This document shows positions 60,670 to 64,000 of a stretch of DNA of 64,000 bases, piece by piece. Numbering within the stretch: the first letter of the stretch is position 1; each line of letters opens with the position of its first letter. Made by a program: the position numbers and the translations under genes. The stretch lies in NCBI GenBank assembly GCA_965153355.1, contig OZ231126.1, positions 3,224,001 through 3,288,000 on the forward strand, in the 5' to 3' direction. This DNA is from Flaccisagitta enflata (Eukaryota). A model generated the notes under the pieces. That model saw only the letters and a list, made by a program, of their open reading frames with translations. It ran no database searches and was not told where the DNA came from.

Positions 60670-62404
60670 CAGACAAACAAACAGACAAACAGACGGACAG
60701 ACTTAGCAGACAAACACAACAGAAAAACTTCATAAAATCAAAATAATACAAGAGTTTGCAAAACAAAATGAGGCAAGGGCTTGATTGATATGTGATGATG
60801 ATAAGTATGCTTTGCCTCTGCCTTCTATACAATTTTCTAGATATTTTTTTGCACAATACACTAAATTGTATGAATCAACTGTAAACAGATCTATTTGATA
60901 AAAAAACAAGTGACGCGGGGTCACGATATCGTTGCGGACGGGTGGGCAGGGGCATCCAACCCCCATCTACACCCCATGCCCCCAAACAAATACAACAACC
61001 CAAAAAAAACATCTAAAACGCTCGTTTTCCACTTTTCGACATGTGGGTTACTTTTACTGAACGACGGATGGAGAAAGCCTCTTATAGAGTTGCGTGTCCG
61101 CAACTAAAAAGAGAAAATTGAAGAAATTGGGGAAAAAAACGGAAAAAGAAAGAAAAAAAAAGAAACAAAGATAAAAACAAAGATAGATAGAAACAAAAAA
61201 AGGCTGTCGTGCTTAGATTTGCTGTCATACTTGGAATCGGCTTTAAAGTCCCTAGGCTCCAAGCTGCCATACATCGCTGCGGCAACTATCATCAAACTTA
61301 ATCACCTAAATGGAATGTCGGATTTGTGATAAAGAGTGAGACCCCAAAATGAATGAAACTTAATATTTTTGTCGTCGGCAGCTCTTTGGATAGAGGCTTC
61401 AACCTTTTGCTCTGTGTCTGTTATTTCTTGTTGGATAACGATCGCGCTGACAGGAGCCCGAGAATCGCATCGGGAGATCAAATCTGCAGTTAAGTGGCGA
61501 GGGGAGGGGGTATATCTTATGGTCGTTGTAGTTTCACCATGGATTTCTACTTGTTGGTATGCTAATTCTATTCTTTTGTGGCAGTTTCGACCTATTGGTT
61601 GTTGTAACGTGGTTGTTCTAATGTTGTTGTTGCTGATGTGCGGTTGCTGTTTTAACGTTGTTGTTGTAACGTTGTAGTTATTATTGTTACGTTGTTGTTG
61701 TCGCTCAACTCACCCTTGACAGCTTCGACGGGGCTTTGATGGCGGACAATAAGATCCGTTCCTTGCTTAGACAAAGTCTGACGGAGATCCTCTACAGATT
61801 CGAGGAGAAACTTGGCGCGATGTTGGGCAGTTTTCTCGAAGCCAAAGTGATTTGAGCCCGCAAAATGGAGCGGATCAAAGCAATACAAAGGAATGACGAA
61901 ATCTCCATTCCTGAGCACGGAGGAAAATGACACAAAATCCTATGACATAAAAATAAAGCAGGCCAGATACATGGTAACCCAATGCATGAACGGGTAAGCA
62001 TGGATAATACTGAAATTGGCTGGCCTAGAATTTGGGCATAATTACTAACAGACCAATTAACCAAACAAAAAAGTAGGTATTAAAACTCCTGTGTACTTCA
62101 ACGAGTATTGACGTGAATGAGCTGGAGAAGCAAAAGGGCACATGTTACAAGAACAGGTGGGGGAATGATAATATCTATTTTAACACCTGGCTTGAAAAAT
62201 AACAGGTACATTGTGTTGAAATATGTTAAAACATGTAAAACCGTGTTAAAATAATTTTAGCATTCCTCCACCTACAAGAAACCTACAAAGACTGCCTTAC
62301 AATTGAGCCCACTGTAGTGCCTCATTGTCGTGGAAACGAAGGTCGTTTCTCAGTAAGCAGATAACCGTTCTGGAGCTTCCTTTAGAATGCTTCTTGGTCG
62401 CCAT
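55245..62404 (-). CDS. cry-dash: Cryptochrome DASH (10 exons; 555 aa after correcting a 1-nt frameshift in the last exon)
   Basis: Exons 62404-62301, 61910-61714, 61483-61306, 60448-60319, 59401-59236, 59032-58833, 58670-58560, 57564-57408, 57206-57099 and 55562-55245; all GT-AG and phase-compatible. Diagnostic motifs: [113 protein letters not shown] and RGVDFYF. Confidence 0.97.
59592..60177. mobile_element. Palindromic MITE in CRY-DASH intron 4
   Basis: actaacagggtccagaaatgtgtaaaaaagcgtgat pairs with atcacgccttttttacatatctgggccctgttagt; imperfect pairing continues for more than 200 bp inward. Confidence 0.75.
60524..61279. mobile_element. hAT-like MITE, copy 3 (inverted, interrupted by a HINE-like insertion at about 60905-61110)
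   Basis: Same TIRs and body as 48331-48902 in reverse orientation; no clean TSD. Confidence 0.8.
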
Positions 62405-64000
62405 CTGTCCGGAAGTCGAAATGAGGCGAGAGCGAGAGGAATGCGACCAGGGCAGAGGATGGATAGGAAGGCAGATATTCTGTCTGGTTATCGACAAATG
62501 AAACGTCATTAATTAACGAATGTCATCCATTAATCGTTGTCGTCAACTAAGTAAGCTATCAACTGTGTCCATAACCGTTCAATGAGTTTAAAAAAAAAAC
62601 AAGGCCAACACCTATAAGTCGCGTGCGAGACTTACAGATTGATTTAGAATGACTCAGTATACTCTTAAAATGACTTTAAATGACTTAAGGAAAAAAATTG
62701 ATAAAAAAGTAAAGTATAACCGACAGACCGACCAGCCGACCAACGACCGGACAAAGCAGGGTGTGGAGTCGCGTGCACACGACAAAAAAAAGGGATGTCT
62801 TGAACGATTTGGTCGGCAAGGTAATAGATCCAAACAGGGTGGTGTTGTGTGGAAGTATCGACTGGCTACAACAATAATATTAAGTTTGCTAGTCTAACTG
62901 TATGAAGTTGGGAGCGTAGTTAGAATAACGTTTATTCATTTGATGTATGAGAGAGACAGAGAAGAACGCAGAAACTAGATCAGTTTTTCTTTTAGGCAGT
63001 GAGAGATGATTGAATAAATCTAGACAATTGGTAACCGTCCCTTTTATAGTGCCAGCAAACTCTTCCAAAGACACCCCTCCGCCGCGTGATTAAATGACAT
63101 AACCTAGACTGCAGGTCAGGCTGACCTTCAACTTTCATAACTCAGATGAGGGATTAAAGGTATCAAAGATCAAAGGGACCAAGGATCAAAGGTATCGGTG
63201 AATTACTTAACATTTACAGCTTTGACAGCTTTCGCCCACTTTATTAATGACAGCAATAAAAATGTTATGGTCAATGTTTACGACTTATTTACTACATTTT
63301 GTGTTTCCTTACAATATTCATGCTGTACCAATAAAGGCGGCTCTCGCCGACCGGAAAAAAATCGTTGAGGGGAGTTTTTTTTAAATGCATGTTCTTCTGT
63401 GTGTATCTCATGATATTTGGTTGATTGACTGTCTGTTATTATTATTTAATCTGTCTCTCTGTTTCTATTTTCCTTTCTACCTTCCTTTGTCTTTCAGTGT
63501 TTTTGTGTGTGTTTGTGCACAATGTAAAGATCAGTGGACTTGCACTTGGAGTGGGTGAAAAAAAAAGTTCACATAGAGGAACAAAGTTTTTTTTAAAGAA
63601 AACTAGACCCTTGACCGCATCAGACAGCACTTTTTACCTTATTCTTAACATTACTACATAAAAAAATAAGAAGCCAAATATATAAAATATGAAGGTTGTG
63701 AGTTGAACCTGCTCAAAACGCCGATTGTTTAAGCAAAACATGGCGTTCTTTACCATTTTAGAAAGCCAGAACACAGATGATCACGTTGCTGCAATCAGAG
63801 TTCAAAAAAGTTATCATTTAGTACATTTTTAGCCTATTTGAAATACGTCTCTCTCTTTTTTAGGAAATTGAATCCACTTTTTAAAGAATAGTTTCCACAG
63901 AAAACACGCTTTGTTTGGCAAAGCTGAAACTCTTTCAAAATAAGGTTCACAGCCATGTACTTTCAGCTCGTGTATAAATCAAAGCAGGTTTTGTTTCCGC

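Noticed and set aside
62889-63150. Possible divergent gene upstream of CRY-DASH
   Set aside because: Only short ORFs with no recognisable motif or consistent exon chain.

Overview
Repeat-rich, intron-rich eukaryotic DNA, probably from an invertebrate animal; the taxon cannot be determined from the sequence. Bases 1-37562 form one giant palindrome: arms 1-18871 and 18886-37562, apex loop about 18872-18885, and the left arm runs off the window. The apex cuts through an intron of a Kelch-like gene. The left arm keeps six clean exons up to the apex, while the right arm is deletion-riddled for its first ~1.1 kb. This favours a long-read or WGA fold-back chimera over real biology, although a true palindrome cannot be excluded. 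Three genes were reconstructed by hand from GT-AG junctions and frame continuity: (1) the 3' half of a Kelch-like protein; (2) a complete 15-exon, 694-aa secreted protein (28488-49296, +) with two ependymin/LolA-like domains, a possible SEA-like domain, a mucin-like stalk and a GPI-type C-terminus, whose exons 1-7 are mirrored in the left arm; (3) a 10-exon cryptochrome DASH (55245-62404, -) with a 1-nt homopolymer frameshift in its last exon. The rest is non-autonomous transposons (Helentron/HINE-like, hAT-like and Tc1/pogo-like MITEs, several nested or palindromic) plus micro- and minisatellites, including a ~2.9 kb satellite block that appears to have grown inside one HINE-like element. Most entries in the supplied ORF track are spurious.
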